The notes under the pieces are model-generated. The model had not been told where the DNA came from and ran no database searches. It worked only from the letters and a program-made list of their open reading frames with translations. A stretch of 55,621 nt of DNA. It comes from a virus (taxonomy: Duplodnaviria > Caudoviricetes). Positions 44,406-53,455 of the stretch are shown here, piece by piece. Each line of letters begins with the position of its first letter. Within the stretch, counting starts at the first letter, position 1. Location of the stretch: IMG/VR virus record IMGVR_UViG_3300033153_013781, positions 1 through 55,621 of that record. One strand, given 5' to 3'. Position numbers and translations under genes: made by a program.

Positions 44406-44548
44406 TCCAATAAGATTAGGACCAAAACACTGGATTTATGTCTTCGCAAAACTAACTAACAAGGATAAAACGGTTCTAAAGAAGTACTATAGCACACTGT
44501 ATCCACGCAGCTACGTGCGAAAATTGGTAGCATTTTTAGACAAAAACA

Positions 44549-45313
44549 ATGTTCAATTTAAAAAGTCACAACATCACTGACGAAACAGAGCTTCTAAAGG
44601 CAGAATTAAGAGCCTTTGATATAATAAATAGTAGTGATGGGTATCAAATTTGTATTGGCGATTCAGTACTATCATCCCCTAATCTTTCAGAATGTTCCAA
44701 ACTTATTGATTCAGGAATTTCGGAACTAAAAAATCAAACACTAGAAACATGGCACGATCTTCAGCATATCGCTCAAAAAATGCTGCGTGAAGATGGGAAA
44801 AATACCGGCAGTTTAGACAATCTGCTATTTCTTAATGCAGTCAAAAAAACCTTCGAATTGTCCAGCATTTTCACAGATCTCAAACCAATAACTGAAACTA
44901 TACGACAGCTTTTAGATACAGATATTGCATCCTCCGAAGGTCGATTAATACTCTATTTTAATGACAATCATCTTCGAATTCAATGTTTGCATAGACTCAT
45001 AATGATAGAGCTATATCGCAAACACCTTATTCACCATTACATGTCTATAACAAAACAAGCTCAAATCTCTGGACCATGGGCAAATTTGGATTTACCCATG
45101 GAAGAGAGAGTATGGGAATGGGATGAAGGTGAAGAAGAATATTTTGCAAATAGAAAAAAATCTCGTAGAGAACAAGTGCGATACAATCCTGAGAATCAAA
45201 CTAAGAGTGGATTTTATTATGTTTGGCAAGATTTGTCACGCGATCCATATAGATTCGAAGACATGAAGGAAGATAGCCCTTATAAAAGTCGCCATCTTTT
45301 AACTGTGCCATGA
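44549..45313 (+). CDS. putative virion protein
   Basis: MFNLK start; TKQAQ motif; ends SRHLLTVP. Confidence 0.75.
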   Translation: MFNLKSHNITDETELLKAELRAFDIINSSDGYQICIGDSVLSSPNLSECSKLIDSGISELKNQTLETWHDLQHIAQKMLREDGKNTGSLDNLLFLNAVKKTFELSSIFTDLKPITETIRQLLDTDIASSEGRLILYFNDNHLRIQCLHRLIMIELYRKHLIHHYMSITKQAQISGPWANLDLPMEERVWEWDEGEEEYFANRKKSRREQVRYNPENQTKSGFYYVWQDLSRDPYRFEDMKEDSPYKSRHLLTVP

Positions 45314-46287
45314 ACCGAAAATACTCTATACAAGACATGCATATTTGGGCAAAATCAAAGGATTTGCTATTTTTATCGCAAATATACACATCTTGTTCTC
45401 AAAAACATGAATGGGAATGTAATAAATGTCAACATATTTGGTTTGCCACTCCTTCGAATATAAGAAAACAACGAGGCTGTCCGAATTGTGCAGGTCAATG
45501 TCAGTCAGTTGAAACTATGCATAAATTAGCTAAATCATGTGGTTTAGAATTTTTGTCTAACTACTATAAAACAATGAAAACCAAATATAAGTGGAAATGC
45601 CAAAACGGTCATGTATCATTAATAGGAGCAGATAGTGTTAAAAATGGAGTTAGGTGCTCTTATTGTCATAGAGGCATTAAAGAAGAAGAATGTAGATTTA
45701 TTATAGAACACTTGACCGGACATAAATTCCCAGTAGGACGCATAGAAAACTTAGAATTAGATGGGTACTGCCATGTTTTAAACACTGCGTTTGAATATAA
45801 TGGGAAACAGCATTATGAATTTATGAGTTATTTTCATAAATCATATGTGGACTTTGAAAAACAAATAGAGAGAGATAATAAAAAAACAAAAGCATGTCAA
45901 AAGTCCAACATTAATAAGATCGATATTTCTTATTTAGAAGCGGTCAGTAGAAAACGATTAACAGAATATATAATAAATTCATTGAAATCTATAAATAATA
46001 TTGTAATCCAAAAATTTGATATAAAATGGGAAAATTTTCATGGAAAAAGAAAGTTCCTAAAAGAAACTATCGAGAATGCAGAGCGAATAAATGCTGATTG
46101 TTTGAGTAAAGTCTATATGACAGCCAAAACTAAATTGCAATTTCAGTGTAAAACTTGTCAACACATATGGTGGTCTACGCCCTCTAATGTTAAGACTGGA
46201 TATGGTTGTATAAAATGTTCCTATAATCATAAAAGATGGGATACTCGTCGGAATAAGGAATCAAGACATTTGTTGACGGTGCCATAA
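45310..46287 (+). CDS. Zn-ribbon repeat + PD-(D/E)XK putative homing endonuclease
   Basis: W.C..CQHIW..TPSN..GCP.C repeats; LELDGY..AFEYNGKQHY..RD..K. Confidence 0.85.
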   Translation: MNRKYSIQDMHIWAKSKDLLFLSQIYTSCSQKHEWECNKCQHIWFATPSNIRKQRGCPNCAGQCQSVETMHKLAKSCGLEFLSNYYKTMKTKYKWKCQNGHVSLIGADSVKNGVRCSYCHRGIKEEECRFIIEHLTGHKFPVGRIENLELDGYCHVLNTAFEYNGKQHYEFMSYFHKSYVDFEKQIERDNKKTKACQKSNINKIDISYLEAVSRKRLTEYIINSLKSINNIVIQKFDIKWENFHGKRKFLKETIENAERINADCLSKVYMTAKTKLQFQCKTCQHIWWSTPSNVKTGYGCIKCSYNHKRWDTRRNKESRHLLTVP

Positions 46288-46505
46288 TGATATACACAGC
46301 TGGACAACCAAGAAAACCTCTCACTGCTTCAGAAGCCGTATATGGCTTCGGAGGCTGGTTGACTTCAAGAGATGATCCAGTCACCATGGGTTCTTGTCAT
46401 GAATGTTCTATTGTTGCTGAATTAATAGATAAATTTTGCAAAGAAAATCATCTTGAAGATCCAAGAGATCACTGGGAAAAAAATTTAAATCATCCCAAGG
46501 ACTAA
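46287..46505 (+). CDS. hypothetical protein
   Basis: TAATG coupling. Confidence 0.65.
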   Translation: MIYTAGQPRKPLTASEAVYGFGGWLTSRDDPVTMGSCHECSIVAELIDKFCKENHLEDPRDHWEKNLNHPKD

Positions 46506-46506
46506 A

Positions 46507-47337
46507 ATGCCAGATAAAAACGAAATTATTAATAAGCAACTAGTGATCAAAGAAGTTATTGCAAAGCTTAAACACTTTACAAAACTCTATGGCATTAAAT
46601 CTATTTTTGTAGTAGGTGGATATACTCGTGAACACTATTTAGGAAAGATATGGAGAGTTAAAGATATAGATGTAGCTTCAGCTTATCATGATCAAGCAAG
46701 ACAATTAGGAGGATTATTTGCTTCAGAAATTTTGCATTCTGCTCCAAAATTTTATGAAAGAACCGGAACTGCGGCAATAGAATATCCATCTGAGTTTGGA
46801 TTCATTCGGGTTGAATTTCAAGGTGACAGCATTAATACATATATGCATAATCAAGAAGTTAGAACATGGATGCAATCTCAAGGCATAGATGACGTTCCTT
46901 TAATGAATAATATCTATGGACGTGATTTTACTATCAATTCTCTTATTTATTCTCTTCACAACGAAACCATGTATGATCCTACTGGACAAGGAGTTCGTGA
47001 CCTAGATCGAGGAAGAATTCGTTCTCTTTTACCGGCTCCTATGCTTATTAAATACAATCCATTAGCTGCATTGCGAGCTATCAGATTTGCTATTCAATAC
47101 GATTATCATATCGATTCTGACCTTAGACTGGCTATTAAAGACGCTGGAATTGACAATTTATGCAACTCTTTATCTAAAGAAAGAATTGTGAAAGAAGTGG
47201 TTAAAGTTCTAAAAACTAATGGCCCAGAGGCTCTGGATTTACTAAAAAGGTTTAATTTAGATAGGATTTTGCTGCATCCCGACGTAAAGAAGTATGTATA
47301 TTTAGGATCAGAGGACGAAAAAAATGCTAAAAATTAA
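46507..47337 (+). CDS. CCA-adding enzyme / poly(A) polymerase family nucleotidyltransferase
   Basis: VVGGYTRE..KDIDV; RDFTINSL; YDPTGQG..DL; P..ALRAIRFA; SKERI..E..K. Confidence 0.9.
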   Translation: MPDKNEIINKQLVIKEVIAKLKHFTKLYGIKSIFVVGGYTREHYLGKIWRVKDIDVASAYHDQARQLGGLFASEILHSAPKFYERTGTAAIEYPSEFGFIRVEFQGDSINTYMHNQEVRTWMQSQGIDDVPLMNNIYGRDFTINSLIYSLHNETMYDPTGQGVRDLDRGRIRSLLPAPMLIKYNPLAALRAIRFAIQYDYHIDSDLRLAIKDAGIDNLCNSLSKERIVKEVVKVLKTNGPEALDLLKRFNLDRILLHPDVKKYVYLGSEDEKNAKN

Positions 47338-47548
47338 ATCAGCTCAAGACGCAGGGATTAGCCATCTTATGGGTGTTTTGTCGAGTACACAAAATTATGC
47401 AGCTCAAGCTTCTCAAATAATAGAGCAATCCGCGTTGGAGAATCAATATTTCGGATTAAAAGAAATTCAAGCAAATCAAGAACTAATGTACGCACTAGAC
47501 GGAGCATTAGGAAATAACTGGATAAAAATTGTGACTGGGGAATTATGA
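47324..47548 (+). CDS. hypothetical protein
   Basis: Starts MLKIKSAQ. Confidence 0.65.
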   Translation: MLKIKSAQDAGISHLMGVLSSTQNYAAQASQIIEQSALENQYFGLKEIQANQELMYALDGALGNNWIKIVTGEL

Positions 47549-48000
47549 ACAAAGAAAACCAATCACTCATAGATTTTTTACAGGTATTACCATTCTCTTC
47601 TTTTATGGTCCCTCGATCTCCCATTTCAAACAAAGAAGCTCAAGCTCTTTATGATATTTGGGAATATGGAGAAAAGGATGAATATGGAAAATATATTGTT
47701 CCTATAGACGTAGATTCCATGCATATAACATCTTTGACAAGCAAAGGATACATGAGTAATCATGCCAGTCGATTTGCTACAAGAGGTGGAAATAACCCGA
47801 CATGTGATTTTACTAATAAAGGAAAAGATGTCATCCAGAAGATTATTCTTTTCAAAGAAAAATCAGCTTTTGAAAAATCATCTGGAATTATAGATTATGA
47901 ATCGATTTGCCGAGCTGAAATAAAATCCCCTAAAACAGCTGACAAAATAGCATCTAAACGCAAACAACCACGTAATTGGCTGGAAAGAGTATGGAAGTAA
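47545..48000 (+). CDS. hypothetical protein
   Basis: ATGA overlap with upstream ORF. Confidence 0.75.
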   Translation: MNKENQSLIDFLQVLPFSSFMVPRSPISNKEAQALYDIWEYGEKDEYGKYIVPIDVDSMHITSLTSKGYMSNHASRFATRGGNNPTCDFTNKGKDVIQKIILFKEKSAFEKSSGIIDYESICRAEIKSPKTADKIASKRKQPRNWLERVWK

Positions 48001-48434
48001 TTCTAAAATCAACTCTGAAAAGGATCAAGAAAAAGATTATTCGAGACCTTTACTGGTATGATCATGTAACTCAAAAGCAACTTCATGGACGTGGAGGTCG
48101 TATGATTTTTGTTTATGATCGGGTTAACAAAAAACAAGTGCCTCGAATTGTAGATTCGGAAGAATGGGTTCATGAACCTAATTATGAAGATATACTTGAT
48201 TGGGTTAAAAAAAATCCAATGCATGTTCAGTCAGTTACAAGTAAAGCTGTTAATAATCATGTAACCATTGATGTTGACGCCAATTCGTTTTCAACTATAG
48301 AAGATGAACTTAGGCTATACGGTATTCAGTATGATTACGATACTGAAGATTTTCGACGAGAAGTTGATGATAAGAGAGGAAAGAAAAAATGGCAAAACTC
48401 ACAATCGAAGTGGCCGATACGCCTGCCGCATTAG
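47991..48434 (+). CDS. hypothetical protein
   Basis: Packed ORF, start MEVILK. Confidence 0.7.
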   Translation: MEVILKSTLKRIKKKIIRDLYWYDHVTQKQLHGRGGRMIFVYDRVNKKQVPRIVDSEEWVHEPNYEDILDWVKKNPMHVQSVTSKAVNNHVTIDVDANSFSTIEDELRLYGIQYDYDTEDFRREVDDKRGKKKWQNSQSKWPIRLPH

Positions 48435-48742
48435 CTCATGGACTTATGTATCGAAAAAATATGCCCAATGATGAAGGTATGCTGTTTAAATTCCCCAGCA
48501 TTAGAGAAGCTAATTTTTGGGGCAAAAATACTTATATCCCATTAGATATCGCTTTTATTGATAAAAATAATCGTATCATAGAAATAAAAAAAATTACTCC
48601 CATGTCTACCAAAGTTGTTCGCAGTGAGGGATTGTGTGCAATGGCTCTTGAAACAAATGCAGGATTTTTTAACTCAAATGGTGTTTCCGTAGGACACACC
48701 ATTAATATAGACAATAATATGATAGAATTTAAGGAATGTTAA
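48389..48742 (+). CDS. DUF192 family protein
   Basis: IEVADT..GLMYR..GMLF.F..FW.KNT.IPLDIAFID..ALE.NAG. Confidence 0.9.
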   Translation: MAKLTIEVADTPAALAHGLMYRKNMPNDEGMLFKFPSIREANFWGKNTYIPLDIAFIDKNNRIIEIKKITPMSTKVVRSEGLCAMALETNAGFFNSNGVSVGHTINIDNNMIEFKEC

Positions 48743-49293
48743 AAATAATAACAGCAGAACTTTATAGACTTGGACAATCCTTCCTTGACGAAATAGAGGA
48801 CGTGGATTGGGGAGACAATGCGCAATCAGAAACTGGACGTATAACTCCTCATGGTCCACAAGGAGTTATCAATGAAGGGAATTTTGAAGATTACGAGCCT
48901 ACAGATATAGAAGATTCTATAGAACGGCTCCCGCAAGAGACTCCTGATTATCAACAAGAAATTCCCATGGGCAATGAATTGCTCGGAATCCCAGAAGGAA
49001 CGCAAGAAGTAGAATATGATAATTCTCAACAACTTGTGTATGATGGAATAGACCGAGATGATGTTATTAGTTTTGATTATACTAATCGACATGGTCAATA
49101 CGCAGGAACAAGAACTGTTGAACCGCATTACACATTCATGGCTCAATCTACAGGTAATGAGATTTTAGTGACGTTTGACAGAGATCAGAATGATATAAGA
49201 GCATTTATAGTAGGAAATATCCACCCATACGGGGTAAGATATGAAGATGTAAAGTTTGAGCCTAAAGGCGAAATTATGAAAGGCATATACTAA
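48736..49293 (+). CDS. protein with C-terminal WYL-like domain
   Basis: ISFDYT..G..RTVEPH..D..IRAF...I. Confidence 0.6.
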   Translation: MLKIITAELYRLGQSFLDEIEDVDWGDNAQSETGRITPHGPQGVINEGNFEDYEPTDIEDSIERLPQETPDYQQEIPMGNELLGIPEGTQEVEYDNSQQLVYDGIDRDDVISFDYTNRHGQYAGTRTVEPHYTFMAQSTGNEILVTFDRDQNDIRAFIVGNIHPYGVRYEDVKFEPKGEIMKGIY

Positions 49294-51110
49294 TGAACAA
49301 AATACCGGAACAGCTAATTAAACTGTCCGACAAACTTGATCAAGCTGGCAAAACTAAGTGCGCTAACACTATTGACGAACTTATAGAGCACCAATCACTC
49401 ACAAAGGTTGCTCAATATGTTGGAGTCATTGGTTATGTTTTGAAGCAAAATCGAGCTATGGGCAATTGTATTCGTAAAAAAAGAGCTTCTTCTGATGCAT
49501 CTACGTCTATGCAAGAAGTAGTTTTGGGATGTTTATCAGAATACCAGGATGGTCAGCAATATGATAATAACGAATGGACATCTAAATACGCTCAAGTGGT
49601 TCAGCAATGTCCTGATCAATTTTTATCATCTCATGTAGATTTTTTGGAAGCTCTAGCTGAAGAAAATGATATGAATCAACATATAGCCCGAGTCAAAACC
49701 GCACACAACATGCTAATGCAAGAAAATATTCAAGATGATTTTCTAAATCGAATAGCATTTGATGTAGAAAATTTAGAAAAAGTATTAAAGGAGGGTGACG
49801 GCGATCACCGCCCTTTTAAAGTAGCCGCTCCGGAATCCCAAAGAAGCCGTTGGAGTCGTTTTTGGTCTCCAAGTTGGTCTCGGGGCGGCAAAGATAAAGA
49901 TACTCAATTTGAAATGGATGCTGTTATTGAATCATTAATGAATATCCAAGGTGATATTCAGCAAATTAGAAGTGGAATATCGCAACTGCGCTATCAAAGC
50001 AGATCAACACAAGATCCAAACATCCACCAAAATCTTCAATCTCTTTCTGATACAAATTGGGAGCAAACAACTAATGGAATACACCAATTAAAACAATCTT
50101 TAGTTGCTTTGCAACAAAATAATCCCAATGATGGAGTAGCACTTAATTTAGTTCAAGCCTCCAGTCTGATAGAAGAAAATATTGAACAAGTTTTTGATGA
50201 ATTAAAAAATGTTCAACAAAACATGTATAATCTACGGTTGCGAGATCCAGTAAAAGGAAGAGGGAACTTGAAATCAGCCACAGAAGAATATTCTGACTTA
50301 GCCCGAGCGTTAGATCGCCTCTATATTAATCCATTAGATGAACGAGCTTTGCATTATTCATTAAAGCTTCATGGTAGATTAGAAGACACACTAAATGAAC
50401 GAGCAGGAGCTCAAGATCCCACTTATAATGAATGGGTTAATTCTCCTGAATCTGAATTAGGGCAGAGTCGAGTAAATCCCGATCCAAGGGATCAATCTGT
50501 TCAATCTGAACCATCAATGACAATGAATGCTGAACCATCAATGACAATGGATTCTGATCCTATTGCAGAAAGTTTAAAACAACTAATGTCAGATCCTAAT
50601 GCTTTATCTTCTTTTGTTAACTGGTTAAAGCAAATGCGAACAGTATCAATGGACCCAGAAAAAAAACAATCAGTTCTAAATATGTATGATTTGCTAACAG
50701 AAAAACAAAATAATCTCAACGCTCCTGTTCCTGGACAAGATCCAAATTTACAATCCAATGTTGTGCAAACAGAAACCGCAGCTAACGCAGATGGTCCGTC
50801 TGCGGATGAACTTCTTGATATGGCTAGCGATCCTAATTCTGATTGGAGAGACATTTTTAAAGATATAGAAAATCTGCGAAATTCGGGAAAAACGGGAATT
50901 TCAGCTTCTTCTCTTAAAAAAATTATGAAAGTTGCTGATTCATTAGATGGTTGGGACAGTGATTTGGCGAAATTATTAAGAGATTACATAGAAGAGGAAG
51001 AATATCAGTTGCCAGAATTCCCTTCTATGTCCTCAATAATAAAGGAGCATGAAGCTTCAAAGCAGAAAATAAGAGAGAAAAAAGCAGGAGCGGTAGCTCT
51101 AAGCACATAA
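49293..51110 (+). CDS. large coiled-coil putative virion protein
   Basis: 605 aa; several KxA motifs. Confidence 0.75.
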   Translation: MNKIPEQLIKLSDKLDQAGKTKCANTIDELIEHQSLTKVAQYVGVIGYVLKQNRAMGNCIRKKRASSDASTSMQEVVLGCLSEYQDGQQYDNNEWTSKYAQVVQQCPDQFLSSHVDFLEALAEENDMNQHIARVKTAHNMLMQENIQDDFLNRIAFDVENLEKVLKEGDGDHRPFKVAAPESQRSRWSRFWSPSWSRGGKDKDTQFEMDAVIESLMNIQGDIQQIRSGISQLRYQSRSTQDPNIHQNLQSLSDTNWEQTTNGIHQLKQSLVALQQNNPNDGVALNLVQASSLIEENIEQVFDELKNVQQNMYNLRLRDPVKGRGNLKSATEEYSDLARALDRLYINPLDERALHYSLKLHGRLEDTLNERAGAQDPTYNEWVNSPESELGQSRVNPDPRDQSVQSEPSMTMNAEPSMTMDSDPIAESLKQLMSDPNALSSFVNWLKQMRTVSMDPEKKQSVLNMYDLLTEKQNNLNAPVPGQDPNLQSNVVQTETAANADGPSADELLDMASDPNSDWRDIFKDIENLRNSGKTGISASSLKKIMKVADSLDGWDSDLAKLLRDYIEEEEYQLPEFPSMSSIIKEHEASKQKIREKKAGAVALST

Positions 51111-51149
51111 CTGATAGTTAGGTTAGTCTATTTAGATAGGGGAGAAACG

Positions 51150-51908
51150 ATGAATTTCTTTTCCAATAAAATTGTAAATCCAACGGGTAGTGATACCACT
51201 TGGAACGAATGGTTAGAAAACCATTTAAAAACAGCTGAAGGAAAACAAGCTTCAGAAGCAAAGCCAGAGTGCGATGATGATCCGAGAGGACAATGTCGTG
51301 GTCAGGAAATCAACAACGATAACGAAGAAGGCGCACATTCCTATCAGGAAGGTGAGTCTGTTGATGGTAAACCTGATCAAGGTGAAGGCAAAGGTGGATC
51401 AAAAAAAGAAAAAGAAGCCAGTGTTGAAACCGCAACCAAAGAAGCCGATTGCGGTAAGGACATGGGTGAATGCAGCAAGGCTGGCGATGTAACTGAGGAA
51501 CACTCAGATGCTGGCAATGCGGATGTTGGTGAAGCTGCTGTTGAGCAAAACATCAACAATGATCCCAATTACCAAAAGGGTGAATCTACAAACCCTGGCA
51601 AAGTCGATGGAAAAAACAAGAAAGAAAAGGGAGCCGAAGCTTCTGCGAAAGCAGCCACTAAGACTGCTGAGAAGAAAGGTTTCAAAAAAGTTGCTTGTTT
51701 AAATCGCCAAGAAAAGTTAGAACTTTTTGCTGATATGACACGAAAGCAAAATAAGTCAGGTGCTCCTGCTTATCCTATTCAGTACATAGAAGCAATGGTT
51801 GGCTTTAAATTCTCGAACATGAAGGATGATGAAAAAGAATGGTTCCGCAGTTTTTGGAGAACCATGTATCCTGAAGCTTATGTCGAGGATATGGTCGCAG
51901 ATCGCTAA
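51150..51908 (+). CDS. putative virion/scaffold-like protein
   Basis: GGGGAG RBS; internal repeat (INND..YQ.GES..G); KTAE motifs. Confidence 0.75.
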   Translation: MNFFSNKIVNPTGSDTTWNEWLENHLKTAEGKQASEAKPECDDDPRGQCRGQEINNDNEEGAHSYQEGESVDGKPDQGEGKGGSKKEKEASVETATKEADCGKDMGECSKAGDVTEEHSDAGNADVGEAAVEQNINNDPNYQKGESTNPGKVDGKNKKEKGAEASAKAATKTAEKKGFKKVACLNRQEKLELFADMTRKQNKSGAPAYPIQYIEAMVGFKFSNMKDDEKEWFRSFWRTMYPEAYVEDMVADR

Positions 51909-51928
51909 TCTGAAAGGATGAGAGATAT

Positions 51929-52540
51929 ATGATTGTTCCTGCTGGTAAAAGGAAAGCACAAGTTGCTCAAGGTCCTTTGCAAAATCAAAGTATCTTAGAT
52001 AGCGTTCTGTTCAACAAGTTTGGACAAGGAGCTGGAGCACTTGTAGATAATAATCCTAACAAACCAAAACCTTCTGATGATTTACAGCAAACAATGAATG
52101 ATGGTGCCTTAGGCCATGATCAAATGGCTGATCAATTAGAACAAGATAGAATGCCTCCTCCAGAGGCAACGCAAGATCAACAACCTGCCATAGCTCCTGC
52201 TGGAGGTGCTCCAGCAGATCAATTCTTAGGACCTGCTCCCGTAGATGATGCTCAACAAGTAGGCAACCCCTATGATGCTGAAGTTCAAAAAATTAGACAA
52301 TATATTGGATATCAAAATTACGGTTTTGAAGCTACTCCTCAAAAAGATGGCAGTTTGGAAATTACTGTAATACCTCCTCCAGGACAACCCGTAGATATTG
52401 GTCAACTGATGAACGGTCTTAAGCAAGTATCTCAAGGAGAGTGGAAGGGTGAATCAACCCCTTCTATGTCTCAAGGTGGACCCGTAAAATTAAAATATGT
52501 TCCGCAGGGATTGGGAACTCAGAAAATAGAAAAAAGGTAG
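51929..52540 (+). CDS. Pro/Gln-rich putative virion protein
   Basis: KRKAQVAQ near N-terminus. Confidence 0.75.
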   Translation: MIVPAGKRKAQVAQGPLQNQSILDSVLFNKFGQGAGALVDNNPNKPKPSDDLQQTMNDGALGHDQMADQLEQDRMPPPEATQDQQPAIAPAGGAPADQFLGPAPVDDAQQVGNPYDAEVQKIRQYIGYQNYGFEATPQKDGSLEITVIPPPGQPVDIGQLMNGLKQVSQGEWKGESTPSMSQGGPVKLKYVPQGLGTQKIEKR

Positions 52541-52548
52541 AAATAACT

Positions 52549-53442
52549 ATGAAACTATCAGGACATAACTTCGAAAATGACGTTTTCAGCAGCTTGCTTA
52601 ATGGGATCTCCCAGGATGTTGAGCTCAAAAAAACAGCTCAAACTAAGACAGAAACTGATGTTTCAGGCTTTTTCTCCACAGCAACTGCCGCTGACTTGGC
52701 AAACATCCAAGAAGAAGAGTTAGAGTTTATGGCTGGTGAATTAGCATTCGCTGCGGAAAGAGCATGCGTTGCTGTAACTGCTGAAGATTTAGTCAAATTT
52801 GCTTGTCAATCACGTATTGACGGGCTACGTGGAAAAGCTCTTGAAAGAGCGGCTCAAAAATATTGTAACAGATTAGATGAATCCTGCAATTTAAGCGGCA
52901 CCACAAAAATATCCGCAAATGATCTAATTAATCAATTGGCATCACACAAAGTAGTTCCTGCCGGTTATAACCCCCAACATGGATCAAATGACAGTGCTAC
53001 TGGCAAATTTATGGGATCAAGCAAAAATCCTAATACCATTTGGGATACAGGAGCACTAGAAAAACAAGCTCAGGTAGCTCTTGGTGATGAAAAAATCAAA
53101 GCCAGCAAAAAGGCAGAAGAAGATCACAGACATCAAATGAAAACTGCTCAGTGGCAAGAATTACAAGACAAACATTCTGATCCAGAGTTAATTCATAAAG
53201 GTATTACCAATGCTGGAACTGCTCAAGAAAAGCCAATTACAGGTCAAAAACTTCCAGCTAATACTATGAGTATTTTTAGCGATAATCGAGAATTCGAAAA
53301 TATTCCCAATCAAACGGTTGGAGAAGAAATCGTTGCCCAAGCAGAAGCTCGTGCTAACAAGAAGGTAGAATCTAACGACGAATCTCGCGACATTCAGAAG
53401 CCTAAAAACACGAAAACTGCCATAGATAGCCTCTTTAACTAA
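52549..53442 (+). CDS. putative virion protein
   Basis: KKTAQ and MKTAQ motifs. Confidence 0.75.
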   Translation: MKLSGHNFENDVFSSLLNGISQDVELKKTAQTKTETDVSGFFSTATAADLANIQEEELEFMAGELAFAAERACVAVTAEDLVKFACQSRIDGLRGKALERAAQKYCNRLDESCNLSGTTKISANDLINQLASHKVVPAGYNPQHGSNDSATGKFMGSSKNPNTIWDTGALEKQAQVALGDEKIKASKKAEEDHRHQMKTAQWQELQDKHSDPELIHKGITNAGTAQEKPITGQKLPANTMSIFSDNREFENIPNQTVGEEIVAQAEARANKKVESNDESRDIQKPKNTKTAIDSLFN

Positions 53443-53455
53443 TAGAAGGGGTAAC

